The notes under the pieces were generated by a model, which searched no databases, was not told the origin of the DNA, and saw only the letters and a program-made list of their open reading frames with translations. From Takakia lepidozioides (Eukaryota; Plantae; Bryophyta), in assembly GCA_030704615.1 (NCBI GenBank), contig CM060733.1, positions 14,322,001 through 14,386,000 of the forward strand: a DNA stretch of 64,000 nucleotides. The letters run 5' to 3'. The position numbers and the translations under genes are program-made. Positions within the stretch are counted from its first letter, which is position 1. Each line of letters begins with the position of its first letter. Below are positions 42,971-56,900 of the stretch, piece by piece.

Positions 42971-43459
42971 CCCTGCTATCTTGTTGACATTGATTCTTTT
43001 GGTGTGCTTTGCACATCAACCACATGCAAATTTGGCCGTGTCCAAGTGTTCCTATCTCTTAAGGATAAGAGTCCGTGTCCTATCACCAGCTGCCAGCCCT
43101 CTTTCTTGCATGAATGTCCACCACTTTTAATCCAGGCATTCCTTTGCAACCTTTTTCTTATACATGACATGATGGAATGCATTGGAAATGATCTGGTGAG
43201 TGACCTCATTTATTCCATGGTCTTTAGCCTACCTAGTAGGGCAACAGTCCATCTCTATATCTAATGGTTTTACAGCAGGCAACTCAAAATAGTCTGTAGA
43301 ATAGATGATAAGAGTGGGTGTCCTTTTGTTTATTAAGAGGTTGTGGGATCTTTAGATCAAAATGATGGTGAAGGGGAAGTTTTCAATGCTGGAACTAAGT
43401 AGCTAAGTAGGTAGAGTGAGTTGTGGCTGGTGTCTCAGTTAGGTGAAAGCGGGCCAAAG

Positions 43460-43710
43460 TTGTTCTTCGATTTTGTGGAACAGTTCATGTGGCCTGCTCA
43501 AGAGAAGCAACCCTGAAAAGACAAGATTGTACTGAGTAATGAGTTCATGTGACATCTCACGAGAGGCAACTCTAACAAGACATGACTGTTGTTCAATTTT
43601 GTGGAACACAGTTCATGTGGCCTGCTCAAGACAAGCAACCCTGAAAAGACAAGATTGATGAGTTCTTGTGGCATGCTCACATGAGGCAACTCTAAAACCA
43701 CATGATTGTG
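43460..43710 (+). repeat. ~125-bp direct tandem duplication (intergenic)
   Basis: TTTTGTGGAA..CAGTTCATGTGGCCTGCTCAAGA..AAGCAACCCTGAAAAGACAAGATTG..GAGGCAACTCTAA occurs twice. Confidence 0.85.
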
Positions 43711-44969
43711 CCAAGAAATGTAGTCAGACAGATATGAAAGTGAAGTAAGGGTCTGTTGATTCACATTGGGCCCTGGAAACTGAAAACGAGTGGCTACTCA
43801 TATGCTGGAAGGATCTTTGATCAAATCCAGAGATACAGATGGCGCGCAATCGAAATGGCCACGAGATTCTCAGCTACTTTTCAAGAATGATACATTGCTT
43901 ACAAACATAAGCAAAATAACAGCTGCTTTTAGGGCAAAGGAGGTGTGTACTGCACAGTATGCGCAGTCAATGTTTAGTTTTCCCTACATTTGGACTGCGA
44001 GTTGACCTGCTCTGCTCACTGTGATTTTCACTTGATGGATACCAAAGCATCGGTGAAGGAGAAGGCGTAGATCTCAGCAGCTGCACAGGCACACATAGGC
44101 TCTTGTAATAAGTGGGGTTTAAGATCTTGAATTCGGCATGCGGAGGTACCCTCTACTCTCTCCTCTATCGGCAGTCTGCTAAAATCACAATTGTTTCTCC
44201 TGTTATAGATTTTTCGGTTGTGAACATGTGCAAGGATGCAAAGCGACGATTCTTCGCCATTAGTGAACCCGACTGAGGAATTTAGTGTAGGCCATGAAAT
44301 GCAAGGTCGTAAATAAAATTCTGTTGTCATTTTCACGGGCCGGGCAACTGCAACATGGAGTCTATGATGATAGATAGACACGAAATTTGTGCACATCTGC
44401 TGGAATTTTGTGGATAGTCAGAGTTTCCGACTTGAGTCTGGTCATGACTGATCCTTCGCGTTATTTGGGGCCTGAAAAGCCTCGAGGTTATGGGCGGGAT
44501 AAATTTTTGCAGTACTTCCCGACAGATGCTTTCAGGTCGCCAGTATCACATCAGGAGCTGGCTGCTTTGTTCTGTAACCACAAATATTCCAGCCTTCAAT
44601 CAAACTTATAAGTTTAAGGAAATGATCATCAGACATGGATTATACTGTGAATGCAGAGGAGTGTTCCTATAATAGATTTGTAGAGTGGCAATACATTGCT
44701 GCTGTAGTAAGAGGGCAGAAACAAGGAAATAAAGAAAACCATTCCAATACCATGCCTTGCTTACAGTGACATTAAAAAATGTCCCCCATCATGCTCTGCA
44801 ATGGACACTTGTCAAGGAGTCAAGACAAATAAATGGAACTGTGAGAAAGAGCTTTACTTTTTGGCATATTTGAAATCACAGCATCTCATGCAGGTGCTTA
44901 ATAGTGTTAATACAATGCAGTGTGAAGTAGTGGATCCAGGTTTGCTGATGTGTTCTGTGAGGGGTGTGG

Positions 44970-47900
44970 ATGTACAGGGGAGGGTCCTTGAAGGTACCTG
45001 ACAAAAAAGAGGGGATCAGGCAAAGTCAGTCGGCAGGGCAACAATGGACATCTAAAGTGAACAGATTTGTCAATTGGCGCACTATATCGGGTGTCATCTT
45101 GCTGCTATGCACTCTTTCTCTCCTCCTGCGGATGAGAGAAGAGAAGTTGGAGCATCAGACTATGGTAGGTTACTTCTTTGAGAATGGGAGGAGCAACCAT
45201 GCCGTTACTGCATTGAGGCCTTAAGACTCTTTTCTGTAGGTCTGATAAGGCTGTGTAGAAAGTCTTGCATTTTACGAACACTTAGGCGCCAATAGGCAGT
45301 CAGTGCACAGTGATCTGCAGGCCTGTAGCCTGGATGTCCATTGTGAGAATTCTATTAATCTATTCAGGCAAGAAGCCAGTCTTGTCAAGAGCTTTCGTGG
45401 GATGGGGATGTTGAGATCCTTTGGAAGCGGAAGACTCTTTTCTATAGGTCTGGTAAGGCTGCGGAGAAAGTCTGGCATCGGACTAATGCTTAGGTGTCAA
45501 TAGGCAGTGAGTGCACAATGATCTGCAGGCCTGTAGCCTGGATGTCTATTATGAGAATTCTGTTAATCTATTCAGGCAAGAAATCCAGTCTTGTCAAGAG
45601 CTTTTGTTGAGATCCTTTGGAGGTGGAAGCCACCAAACCATTGGCGCTTTTGAGGGGGATTTGTCAGGCAATGGCCTGCTTTTGGCCATTTTTGTTAGCT
45701 CCAGCTATTGGTCATACTCACTGCATGTTTGGGTTGGGGTATGCAAAAGAAGACCACCTTTCTCACCAGCATGTGTCTGCAGAGTATATCTATAGCTGCT
45801 CTGGGAGATTTACGACACCCTCCAGCAGATATTCGTTCTGCCGAGTTGGCAAGGATGGGGCAACAGTCAAAATTGGTTAGTCCTTTTTGTCATACATGGG
45901 CATATCCATTTTGTGTGGTCAGCTTGGTTATACTCTCCCACATTTTCAGTTTTTTCTTATGCTTCTACCAAAGAATGGAAAAGGTCGCCATGGAATAGTT
46001 GTTGGCATGCCCCAAATGAGGTTTGACCGGGAGATGTGCATAAATCAGGATTATGCCTATGCCTCTCAAGCTGCTGCATGAGCGGAGAGTATCCAAGAGG
46101 CTTTGAAGAGGTTTAAGGATGCTTCAGATTTTTGGGAGGAAGAAAAAATTATGGACACCAAGTCATTGCATATGGTGCCCCCGAAATCTGATTGGAAAAC
46201 TCTTTCTGGCAATTTTACCATATGTGGAGTAGTGATGCAAGGTGTACGCATCGGTGCAGGTTGATGTGAACAAGCTATGGAACAGTTCTCCATCCTGGGG
46301 CTGGCGAGCATCATCAGCTGTCCGAGCTGTTGATTGGCAACGTAGGTAGTGGGCACGGTCTTGTCTGAGTTCATTAGCATGCTTTCCTTAGTAATTCAAA
46401 ATGAAATATTGTCAATATCCAGCAATAAGTTTGCCAATACCAGGGTGTTTTCTTGAGAAGCAACAAGCCTGCAACCTTTCTAATTAGGGATTTAACTACC
46501 TGTTGCAGCACCACCTAAAGAGAGCAACGGATACTTGGTTGTTCGATGCAATGGTGGACTCAACCAGCAGCGAGGCGCTGTAATTCTTCATCCTTTTCAT
46601 CTCTTTTCCATTTAACTGACTCTGTTTCCTTACTCCTAACCTGTACCCAATCCCCTCTCCAGCCTCTTTGCTTCCCATGCATGAGGCACTTTCTCTAGGA
46701 ACTTTGGAAATGTCCTCAAAAGCAGGAGCATGCAAGATTTGGGGGTCTGTCATATTTTTTTACAGGTTTTTCTTGTAGTATTGGTAAATCCCATAGGCGG
46801 TTTCGACCTCTTGTGGATTTTATAAAAACTTCTTCCTCTTTTTCCCTCAAGGAGCCTCACTTTCTGACTGAAGAATTGCTACATGCATTTTGCACCCCTC
46901 CTAGTTGCAGCTCAGTATCACAAAAAAGTGCTAACAGATTATAATGGCTTGGCCAAATGATGCAGATCTGCAATGCAGTACTGGCAGCACGGATTATGAA
47001 TGCAACTCTTGTGTTGCCAGAGCTTGATACCAACTCCTTTTGGCAGGATAAAAGGTACATACCACATGTTTCTTGTATCTTTATCTGTCTTTATTGGCCG
47101 CAAGGCTATGGGCAAAAATGTCTTATGAGTACTCTCTATTGGCCATAACTGAACTTGTTTCCAGTCTGTGACGTGGGCAAGGACCTTAAGGATGATCTCA
47201 TGGGCCTACCTACCCTTGGCACTAGACTGAAATTTAAACTCAGGGCGGAAGCCTACCTTTGAACAATGAACAGATGCAGAGAGGAAGAGGAGATTGTAAT
47301 TGCCCGATGTATGGGCAACCTGAAGACAATATCCATTTTCTGATACATTGTCTCGGATATTCTCATCAGAGAGTGACCCTCTTCAGGACAATCCAAAACA
47401 TTGTCTCTGCACCTCTGTTCACCAACTTTCAAAATCTTGAGGCTGAGCCTAGAGCCCTGGCCCTGTCGGGGTCTAATTGCTGGGCAGCTCACACAGCAGA
47501 TTGATGCTTGTGTGAAGGGCTTCCTAGAGGATATCTGGAAAGCCCGAACAAATTATTTGTATCAAGGTAAGTCATACTACCGGAGTGAGCCCCTCACAAA
47601 GGTAGTTTCTGGTCCCTTTTGTTCGGCCCAAACTGGGCGCGGGGTCTATGGCCACAAGGCTATGGCAAACAAAGTCTTATGAGTACATCTATGGGCACAC
47701 GATATTCTCACCAGAGAGTGACCCTCTTCAGGAACATCGAGAACATTGTCCCCGCACCTCTGTTCACCAACTTTAAAAATATTTAGGCTGAGCCTAAAGC
47801 CATGGCCCTATCGGGGTCTAAGTGCTGGGCAGCTCACACAAAGCAAGTTGATGCTTGTGTGAAGGGCTTTCTAGTGGATATCTGGAAAATCCGATCTCAT

Positions 47901-50218
47901 TGTCTTTATCAAGGTAACTGGATTGAGCTCCTCACAAAGGTTGTATCTGTTGCCTATTGTTCTGCCCAAACTGGGCATGGAGTCTATGGCCACAAGGCTA
48001 CGGCAAACAACGCCTTATGAGTACTTTATTTTCTATTGGCACGGGTCCTGTGGGCAACAAAAGTAAATTTCTTTGTGTCTTCTTCTTCTCTTCTTTGTGT
48101 GCAACATTCAGGAGTGTAACTGAAGAGAGGTCAGGTTTCTGTTGGCTTGGAAAAGGCTTGTTTGGTACAGCTTTGGGCAGTGATTGGACCATGCTATTCC
48201 AGTGGCTTTTCAGGTATTTATGATGTCAACCACTTCATCAAGTCCCTCACTTCTGATGTTAAAGTTGTGCGGAAGCTGCCTTCCACGGTGGTTGTTAGGA
48301 AGAAGAAAAGGAGGTTGAGGCCGTTCCAGGTGCCCATGCATTCACCTTCTCACCTTTTTGTGTCTGCTCAAGTGTTGTGTGCGTGTATGCCTTTACCTTT
48401 CAGAAGGAATGTTTACAGAGACCACCAAAGAGAGCTACAAGCAGATGTCTAACTGCAGAACTAATAATAAGTCTTGTCCTTGAATGTTTCCAGCTACGTC
48501 CGCCACGAGATGCCTCTCCAACCTGGTACAAAACAGAAGCTCTGGCAAAGATGAGAGTGCATGGTGCTGTTTATCTCACGCCCTTTTCACATCGTCTGGC
48601 CGAAGAATTGGGAAATCATGAGTATCAACGTTTGCGCTGTCGTGTCAATTTTCATGCTTTGCGGTTCAGGGAGGAGGTGATGGAGCTCAGCAGCAACATT
48701 GTTGCACGCTTGCGATCAGGAGGCCATTTCGTGGCTGTCCACCTTCGTTTTGAGATGGATATGCTTGCTTTTGCAGGGTAGGTTCTGCATTATTCTGGCC
48801 CCTTTGTGTACCAATGATGCATAGGGGTGATCCAATATCCTTTGTTTGCAGTAACGTGGTGGCCGTAGACCCTGCACCCGGTTCCCATTTTTCACAGCTG
48901 GGTGGAGTTACTGTAGTGAAGTAGGCAGCCTATACTTGTTTGAAATTCAACCTTGTGCCCAGCAGGGAAGGCCATTTCAGTGGTCCTTCAGTCCTACTTT
49001 GACAACAAAGGTACTTTATATGAGACTGGATTTGCACCAGAATTCAGCTCAGTTATGTTGTGCCCACCAATCTCCTGACTTCTCAGTAGATCCTCGTATT
49101 GCTTTCAGGTGACTTGCCATACTCACTTTCAACAATGACCTCAATAGTGTGTTTATACAGACGAGTGGTGATATGATGCAGGTGCATGGACATTTTCACA
49201 CCTAAGGAGCAGGAGATTCTGAGAATGTACCGCAAGGAGAATTTTGCTGAGAAAAATCTGATCTACACTGAGAGACGTTTGATTGGCAAGTGCCCTCTTA
49301 CTCCAGAGGAAGTGAGTAGCTGCTCTTTGCCCTTCATTTCCCCTTGATCAATGCCATTCATTTGGTTTGGTAACTAGTATGAGCCATATTCAGTCAGAGT
49401 GTTGACTGCCTCTTGCATCCACCTAACAGTTTGAATCCTTTGTCTTGGTGCAGGTAGGCTTGATTCTGCGGTCACTGGGCTTTGACAATTCTACACGTAT
49501 TTACCTAGCATCAGGAGATGTCTTTGGAGGTGAGCGTTTCCTGCAGCCTCTGCGAGCACTCTTCCCTCTTCTTGAGAATCGCACCACAGTGGCCACCACC
49601 AAGGAGTTGAAGAATGTAACTTGGGAAGGCAGGGGCTTACTAGGCCCTGCAGTTGACTATATGGTATGTTTGCTTTCTGATATCTTCATGCCAACCTACG
49701 ATGGGCCCAGCAACTTCGCCAACAACTTGTTGGGGCATCGGCTCTACTACGGATTCCGCACAACTCTTCAACCCAACAGAAAGTCCTTAGCTCCTCTTTT
49801 CATGTCAAGGGAGAAGGGGTTGATAGGCCAAGGAAAATTCGAGGAGAAAGTGCGCGATGTCATACTGGCCACAGGCTGGTTCGGCGGGCCTCATAAACGT
49901 GTCTCACCCGAGTCTTTCTTTACCAACCCATGGGCTGAGTGCTTTTGCCAACCGCTTGCAAAGAATAAGGCCAACCAGTGCCCTGTCTCAGCCTTGACCG
50001 ACGAGGAGGAACTACTGGCTCAGGAAGGTGATGATGAGCAAGGTACTGAAGACTATGTTGCTGAAAATTCTAAGCATTCTGGTGCAGATTCTGGGTCTCT
50101 CACTAAAAAAGCTGATCCCCATACCAAAAGCTCTCATTCTGATATTAAACACTCGGGAGAGGCTATCACAGTTCAAGACATGGGCAAAATCAAAGCTCCC
50201 CCACTACAGTCAGGTTGA
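44970..50218 (+). CDS. O-fucosyltransferase-family (DUF246/GT106) type II membrane glycosyltransferase, OFUT1-like
   Basis: Exons about 44970-45164 (TM helix), 46260-46341, 46509-46579 (NGYLVVRCNGGLNQQR), 46966-47054 (ICNAVLAARIMNATLVLPELD), 48204-48329, 48493-48777 (QRLRCRVNFHALRF..HLRFEMDMLAF), 49182-49311 (GKCPLTPEE) and 49454-50218. Confidence 0.93.
45223..45629 (+). repeat. ~205-bp direct tandem duplication in OFUT intron 1
   Basis: AAGACTCTTTTCT..GATCTGCAGGCCTGTAGCCTGGATGTC..AATCTATTCAGGCAAGAA..TTGAGATCCTTTGG occurs twice. Confidence 0.88.
47090..48040 (+). mobile_element. Head-to-tail stack of three 5'-truncated LINE family B copies in an OFUT intron
   Basis: Copies at about 47091-47145, 47180-47695 and 47700-48040, each ending GGCC.CAAGGCTA.GGCAAA...CTTATGAGTAC. 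The longest encodes [32 protein letters not shown]. Confidence 0.85.
48844..49050 (-). mobile_element. Candidate SINE-like element ending in a family-B-like 3' tail
   Basis: Minus strand: GGTGCAAATCC (B-box-like), then CCACCCAGCTGTGAAAAATGGG, then AACCGGGTGCAGGGTCTACGGCCACCACGTTACTGCAAACAAA, which resembles the family B terminus. Confidence 0.4.
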
Positions 50219-50950
50219 TTTTATCACACTACTCGACATCTTGTACACTATTAGAACATCATTAGGACAGGCTTAAGGATACTCAAATGCCAAAGAAAGC
50301 TGATTTTTTCAAGAGTATGAATGGATTCATCACTCTTTGTGCGCTTTGTATGCAGTAAAGACTGGTTCATGGACCGACAGGTGTCGATTATCTTCCGTTA
50401 ATTGGAACTCTATCACACACGGAACTCATCCAATTTTCGTGAAACTACTACATATATTCATCCAAAAGCAGCTCGAGAAAAAGTCATCCGTGGTACCACC
50501 TGTCCACCCACCGGCTACCCCGGGTTGCCGGTGGCTCGTTTGAATTTGCGGGATTTCTTCTTCCCTCCCACCTCTCCTTGCCCTCTTGGCAAGAGCAAGA
50601 GCTCAGATAGCTTGCAGGCAGATAAGGAAGAGTGAAGAAGAGAGTTAGGGTTACTTTCCATGGTCGGAGGCAGCTGTGCAGGGAATGGGAAGAGGTTGAG
50701 TGTGTGTTTTTGGTCTTGGAGACGGAAAGGGAATAGGAGAGAGAGATAGGGCAAGAGATGGAAGTGCGCACGTGGTTGGAACTGAAGCTCCAGTTAGGAG
50801 GATGCATCATGTGTGAGCTGCGGAAAGACCTATTTTCACTGTCTGGTGTTTGATGGTTTTGAGAGAGTATTAGCTAAATGAATGCGGTGATGTCGGACCA
50901 TTCTGGCCGGTGTGGAGCAGAGAGGTAGACACTGAGAAGATAAGGCGAGG

Positions 50951-53900
50951 ATGGCCTTGAGGACTGCCAAAGGGCAAGTCAAAAATGGCACAGGGGGTAC
51001 CGCTGAGGCTCTTTTGACCTTGCTTCAAGGGGCAGATCCAACAGGCCTAACTCATCAGTTGAAGCAGTATGTGGCTCCACTTAATGGAGTTGCCGGACAC
51101 GGGAAGGAGAATAGTTCGAAGACAGAGTTGCACAAATTCGCAAAGCAATATGTTTCCATTTTGGTGCAGCTCCTCAAACTCTGTGCCGCGCTTTTGGCAA
51201 CTCCGCCTTCCGGTAAAGAAAAAGACGGTGCCATGCAGACCAAGGGGGATGAGAGTTTCGCAGCCATGTCAATTGCTCTGGACAGCCTCGATCATTTGCG
51301 CTCTTTTCTTGTGGGTTGCCCATTTGAGATTGAAATCCAGAGATGTGGACTGGTCCGCCGTCTAAGGGCCTGGAAGAGACACGCGGATGCATTGGAACAG
51401 TGCCAGATAAATTTCCGCAGCTTGTGTTACAATGTACTGTCTTGCGAGAGGGAGTCAATTAAACAGGTATCCACCTACCTAGGATTCAGCAATATCCTAC
51501 AAAGATATTAATGCTGGGGAAGCTCCCGTTCAGGTGGTTTAACAGTTGACATCCATGTCTAACTCATCTGTTTTTACTGATCACTGGGCACTGCCATTGG
51601 GAGCTGGTTGAGTCACTGTGATCTGACCAGAAAATGCAAATGCACAGTATTGACAGATCCCTTTCTGGGCCGCTCGTTGTTCAGTGACTTATTCTGATGA
51701 AGGGAGGATTTGTGATGCAGGGGCCTACAGCAGCACCTGTCAAGGGCGGTAGTCGTAGGAAGCAGGCTGTTTCTTCCAGAAACACCAAGAGAGCCACAGA
51801 TGAGATTACTGAACAGCATCCAGCTCTCCATCCCCCTCAACAGGTGGAGCTGGCATCAGGACTTCCATCTTTGGTCGCTGGCATTGTGATTGATTTAATC
51901 TGGTGCACTGCTGAGAATGGATCTCGTTCCCCCGATTGCTTTTGTACTCTCGTCGTGCTTCCTGACCAGCTGGATCCTTGGCTGAGGTAAGCCCCTTGAA
52001 AGCCAGGTCTTATTGTGTCCCTTGACTTGAAATGCTGCATGCTTCCAATATGCACTGCAGATACAGAAAGATACATTGTTAAGGTTGCAGCCATAATCTG
52101 CAATTTGATGCTAGATCTTGACTACCATGAAACTTCGTGATGCAACAGACAGATGCATGATCGAATTGGTTCTGCTAATTAGACCCTTACCTTTGTTTCA
52201 CACAGGGTTCTAGAGACGGGTGCTGCTGAAAAGCAGAGAGATGCATTGTTCAGAGGCATTCACAAGTGTGCCTCAATATTGGTGGCAACGCCAGCATCCT
52301 ATGACAGAGAGCTTGTGCAGCAATTTTGCATGCTCAGTCTTTGCTGCTGTGCTTCATCTTCACACTCGAATCAGTATGCCAAGGTTCTCTATCTTCTCTG
52401 CACACTGTTGTTCATAGGTTGTTTGTGGACCTCTCTTTTCTGCACCAGACCCACTGAGAGGCATTGGGTTTTGCAGAGCCTGTATTTAACAAATTTCGCC
52501 ACATGCAGGTTGCGCGAAACTTCTCTTCTTGCTTGAGCTGCCATGGCCCTGATATGTCTCTCCTAGCCTTGGATGTGTGCACAGCTGCCTTGACGAATAT
52601 CTCACAGCAACAGGAGGTACCAACTAGACCTCAGGATCATATTTACATTCCTATCAGGAGTTTTCTAGGGCTAAATTTGGGGTTAGACTCATGTACATGC
52701 CCTTATTCCAGATATCACAGGAGGGTGGGGGTTGTGAGAATGCATTGTTTGACTAGTAGTTTCCTCATAGACTGATAGTGTTGCAATTACTGGGCCCACA
52801 AAGTTACTGCGCCATGGAAGTGAGGCTTATTCACAAGGTATGCTGGACGTACAAGGGAAGGAAATTAAATGAAATGAAATGGTACTTTATAATATCCGCA
52901 GAAAGCTCAAAGAGCTTATGGGACAAAAAGAAAACAAGAAACAAGAAACAATAAATGAAATGAAATATAATGGTACTTTGTAACGTCCGCAAATAGAAAG
53001 AAACTTTATAATGTCCACGAAAAGCTGAAAGAGCGGGACAAATGAAAGCTGGAAGAGAAAGTGAGGGACAGAAGAAGGGCCCAAGATACACATGTAGAAC
53101 AACACGGTGAGCCAACAGAAAGCTAACAGTAGAACCTCAGGAACCAAGGTGGATTGGCTTACATACACAAGCGTACCCTGGACAGTGTGCAGTCGCTTGA
53201 AATTGGGTGGTAGCAGTCCACATCACCTGGTGGTAACCATTGTAAGGTTGTCATTAGCTGCTTATGGTACCTAGATACTAGAGATTCTATGCTTGGCATC
53301 TAAGGTTCTTACACAAGTGTGTCAGAACTTGATTGACATCGTTTAGTCAGTTAGATGGATGTTTGTGAATATTTGTGCAGATATACAAGTGTCTGCTCTA
53401 AGAGTTGAAGAACTCCAGATCTGATACATGCTTACTTTCGCTTTTGTGGCAGCTTCAAGGTTTGTGTGGGAATCACGACATGTTGGATTTGGTAGACTGG
53501 TATGCCCGGTTGTGCCAGACCACAGGCAAAAGTCTGCAGGGTTGGTCCCATGTCTGCAATCTTGTTGGCAACTTAAGACAGGTATAACCTTCATACTCCA
53601 CTGAAGCATGTTCTATGTCTCTGCAACATTGAAATCCTTTGCATGGAATATATATTCTGTTGCATCCAAGTAGAGTGTATAATGGCGATTGCCCAACTTA
53701 AACTTATCACCAGTTGAGAAACATCAGTTTTTCTAGCATATTCGTTGGCATGTCGATGATGGAAGAGATGATGGATGTATTTAGTCAACTTTGCTAAGCA
53801 TAGCCTTGTGACTTTTGTGGGAGAGTACAATTATAGGCCCCGTTGTTTGCAGTGTAGAACGGGAGAGTGCTTCCATGGCTGCTTTGTGTAATAGGATGTA

Positions 53901-56900
53901 ATTGCTATGCCTGTTCTGATTTCCAACAATGTCACGGACAGCAGGTTTCTCAGTCCTTCCAGCTATGTCAATTACAGTCTCCCTTCTTTGTTCAGGTCTC
54001 TCCCTCCTCAATTATTGCTCTAGCTGGACTCCATGCTGTTGGCTTGAGCTTGGTAGATGAGGATGTGAACAAGGATGGCAAACATGACATAGTCTCACAC
54101 CCGAAGGTCGACTTCTTTTCCAAAGCACATGACCTACTCCAAGCTGGAGCAGAAACAGTAGAGAGCTGGCTTCAGCAGGAGGTTATTCCAAATGACCCTG
54201 TGGGAGAAATGAGGGGAAGACACCTTCTTAGTGCATTCAAAGCTGTGGATTTTCTCCGAAGACATGCAGCCAAGTATGTGCAGTCTATATGGGGAATCTC
54301 CTTAATTTCCAGATCTTGCTTAGAAACTCCTGAAGGAGCGGCAGAGTTGGCCCTGTCATTCAATTTCAATGGGGCACTGGAGAAGGTTTTACACCTTGGC
54401 TTCCTAGTGGTGAAGAGTGCAACAAGGTATCCAAATCCATCTTGAATCCATGTGCCATACCTGCAAATCTGAAAATATGCTACTGGCAAAGTCAATGTTA
54501 TATTCAAGAAATTGATTGGATCATTCCATGCAGACATTAGCAACATTAGCATATATGACACTTCTGCCCCACCATTTTTCTAAACTACCTTGTCACGACC
54601 ACTCCTTGAGAGCTTGTTCTTTGAGTATGACATCAGCCCTGTGACTGCTTGTTAACTTGCACTATTGACATTGCAGATGCAAAGACTGGATTCATGACGA
54701 ACAGGAAACTCTCAAGAAAGGTTGGCACATGGCGTCTGATTGCATGCTAGCGGCGTTCCGGCTTTCTTTAGTTCGGCAACAAGGAGTTGAGGTCAGTTTC
54801 TCACAGTACTAGATTCCTTGGGAAGTTTAGGAGGTTTGTGAATTTGACCTGGTTGTTGATATCGCCAATTTAAGAGCAATTGCCAATGCTTCTCAGTCCT
54901 ATACCTTCTGCTTCAGGTGCAGATCCTCTCAATGGGAGGGGACAGTGATCAGCATATAGACATTATCAGATGGGATGTTCTGACGATAGATATACTTCCT
55001 CTTGCAGGAAATTGTTGCTGCTTTCAATGATCTTGTGTCAAGAAGCTGTCTGCAAGCAGAGGAACTACGTTGGTTGATGTCATCCACATACAACATGGGT
55101 GTTCATATTTTCAATGCAAAGCACTATGATATGGTGAACTCTATAAGGGCCTTAGTAGACGTCATAATTCCTTTCTTTCTTTCCACTTGCTTTGCGTGGA
55201 CGTTATAAAGTGCCATTTAATTTCATTTCCACTTGCGGTGGGGATTACAGGGAACTTGGAAGAACATTTCTTCTTTCACTGCTCTTTATACTATGAGATC
55301 CGTGGGAGATTCAACTGTCCATTCCGGGATACCCAATCTCTCACGGAGATCTTCCATTATGAGGATCAGAAATGCTTGGCAGCTTACCTGCATGAAATGT
55401 TGACTCTTAGACAATCCCTTCAGTTCACTGCGTTTCATTTCTATTACCATTTCTTTTCTTTTCTTTTGTTTTCTTCTGTCTCATCATATAGGCAATCTGG
55501 ACGCAATAAAACCTCTCATTTTGTTTCTAGAGAGGATGTGTGGGTGGAGCAATCTCCGGTTCTGACAATGAGTGGTAGCACTGTCCCTTCACTGTTCAGA
55601 CTACGTATCTTTCATTGTCTTTGCTGAGGTCAATGGGCCTTGTTCTGCAGGCTTGTCATCCCTTCAGTGTGGCATATACCATTGCATGGGCTAGAATATC
55701 CTCGCTTCATGGGAAGCATCTGTCCAACACAGTGGTTACCAGACATAACTTGGAGTCATATGCACTGGTCAGTGAGTTGGTGTCAGAGGCATGTGCCAAG
55801 TCAGTGACTCTCGCTGATGCTCTGAACCGAGGTGGGAAATCTGCAGCAGCATTGGAGACACTAAGTAATGGCATAGTGCAATGGGCAATGGTCAATGCCT
55901 CACTGGAGCCCCATTCTCTGAAGGCCCCACATTCGCTTGTACGGTTATGGGTGAAGGTGATTTCTTATCATCTGGCTTGATGCAGTCTTTGTGAGCTTTG
56001 TCTTTGTTTTTTGTCCATGAAAGCAGAACAGTGCTTGCTTGACATTGTGTTCAGTCTCGGGACTGTTTTTTATGCTCAGTTGGTACAAAAAATGAGTGGG
56101 TGATTATAAGATAGCCATCTTATAATCTTATAAGATCGCTGACACTTGTTTAGTAAGATAACTGTACAGCATCTTCCGCTTCCGCCTCAATGGTTAGGGC
56201 CAGATTAGTTGATCCAGCTCAAATTAACATAGGCCTCTATTGGAGGTTTCACCGTGACCCACCCAGCTGCAAAAGGAGCCATTCCCTTGTGCACTGGGTG
56301 TCTGGGGATTCTTAGTGTCCAGGGACAGAGTCAGGTGAGATTGCCTGTCACACTTTAAATGGCTGTCACATTGTGGGTGAAGGACTCAGCGAGCATCATC
56401 CTTCTTCCAGCTTCTGCCTTTTTATTGTTTTGACTCTGCATGTGGACTTCATGGTAGTGGTGCACCCTTGTCGAGTTGGACCACTAGACAAATGGGATCT
56501 GTTGGATATGGTTTTGGAATCAAAAGGACTTGGGTTGCTCTCCTTTGTTGTCAGCTCTAGTTGTGTGCGTGGACACTCCGTTTTGGGCACTCTTGTCATT
56601 GATCTCTATTCGAGTCATTCCGACTGAAAAGGCCAACTAGCCACTACATAACATTGGTCAACTTACCTCTCTGCCTCTATCACGGATGTAGATGATGCAC
56701 GCTGAGAAGGAGATGGCTTCCAAGCCAGTCACAAGTCAGCCCCCTTGCCTCTATGCCTACCTGAGGGATGATCTCAGACATCTGCACCCCCGCACACTTG
56801 GTGTTCTCTTGGAAGAGGTAAGATTAATATCCTCATATCTGTTGAAGAGGATGAGGGAGGAGCAACTAACTAATTTTCCTCTGAACATGTGTCGAATTCT

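Noticed and set aside
51467-54435. GTATCC donors in separase (51467 and ~54427) as U12-type introns
   Set aside because: They read GTATCCAC and GTATCCAA rather than the U12 consensus GTATCCTT, so ordinary U2 donors are more likely.
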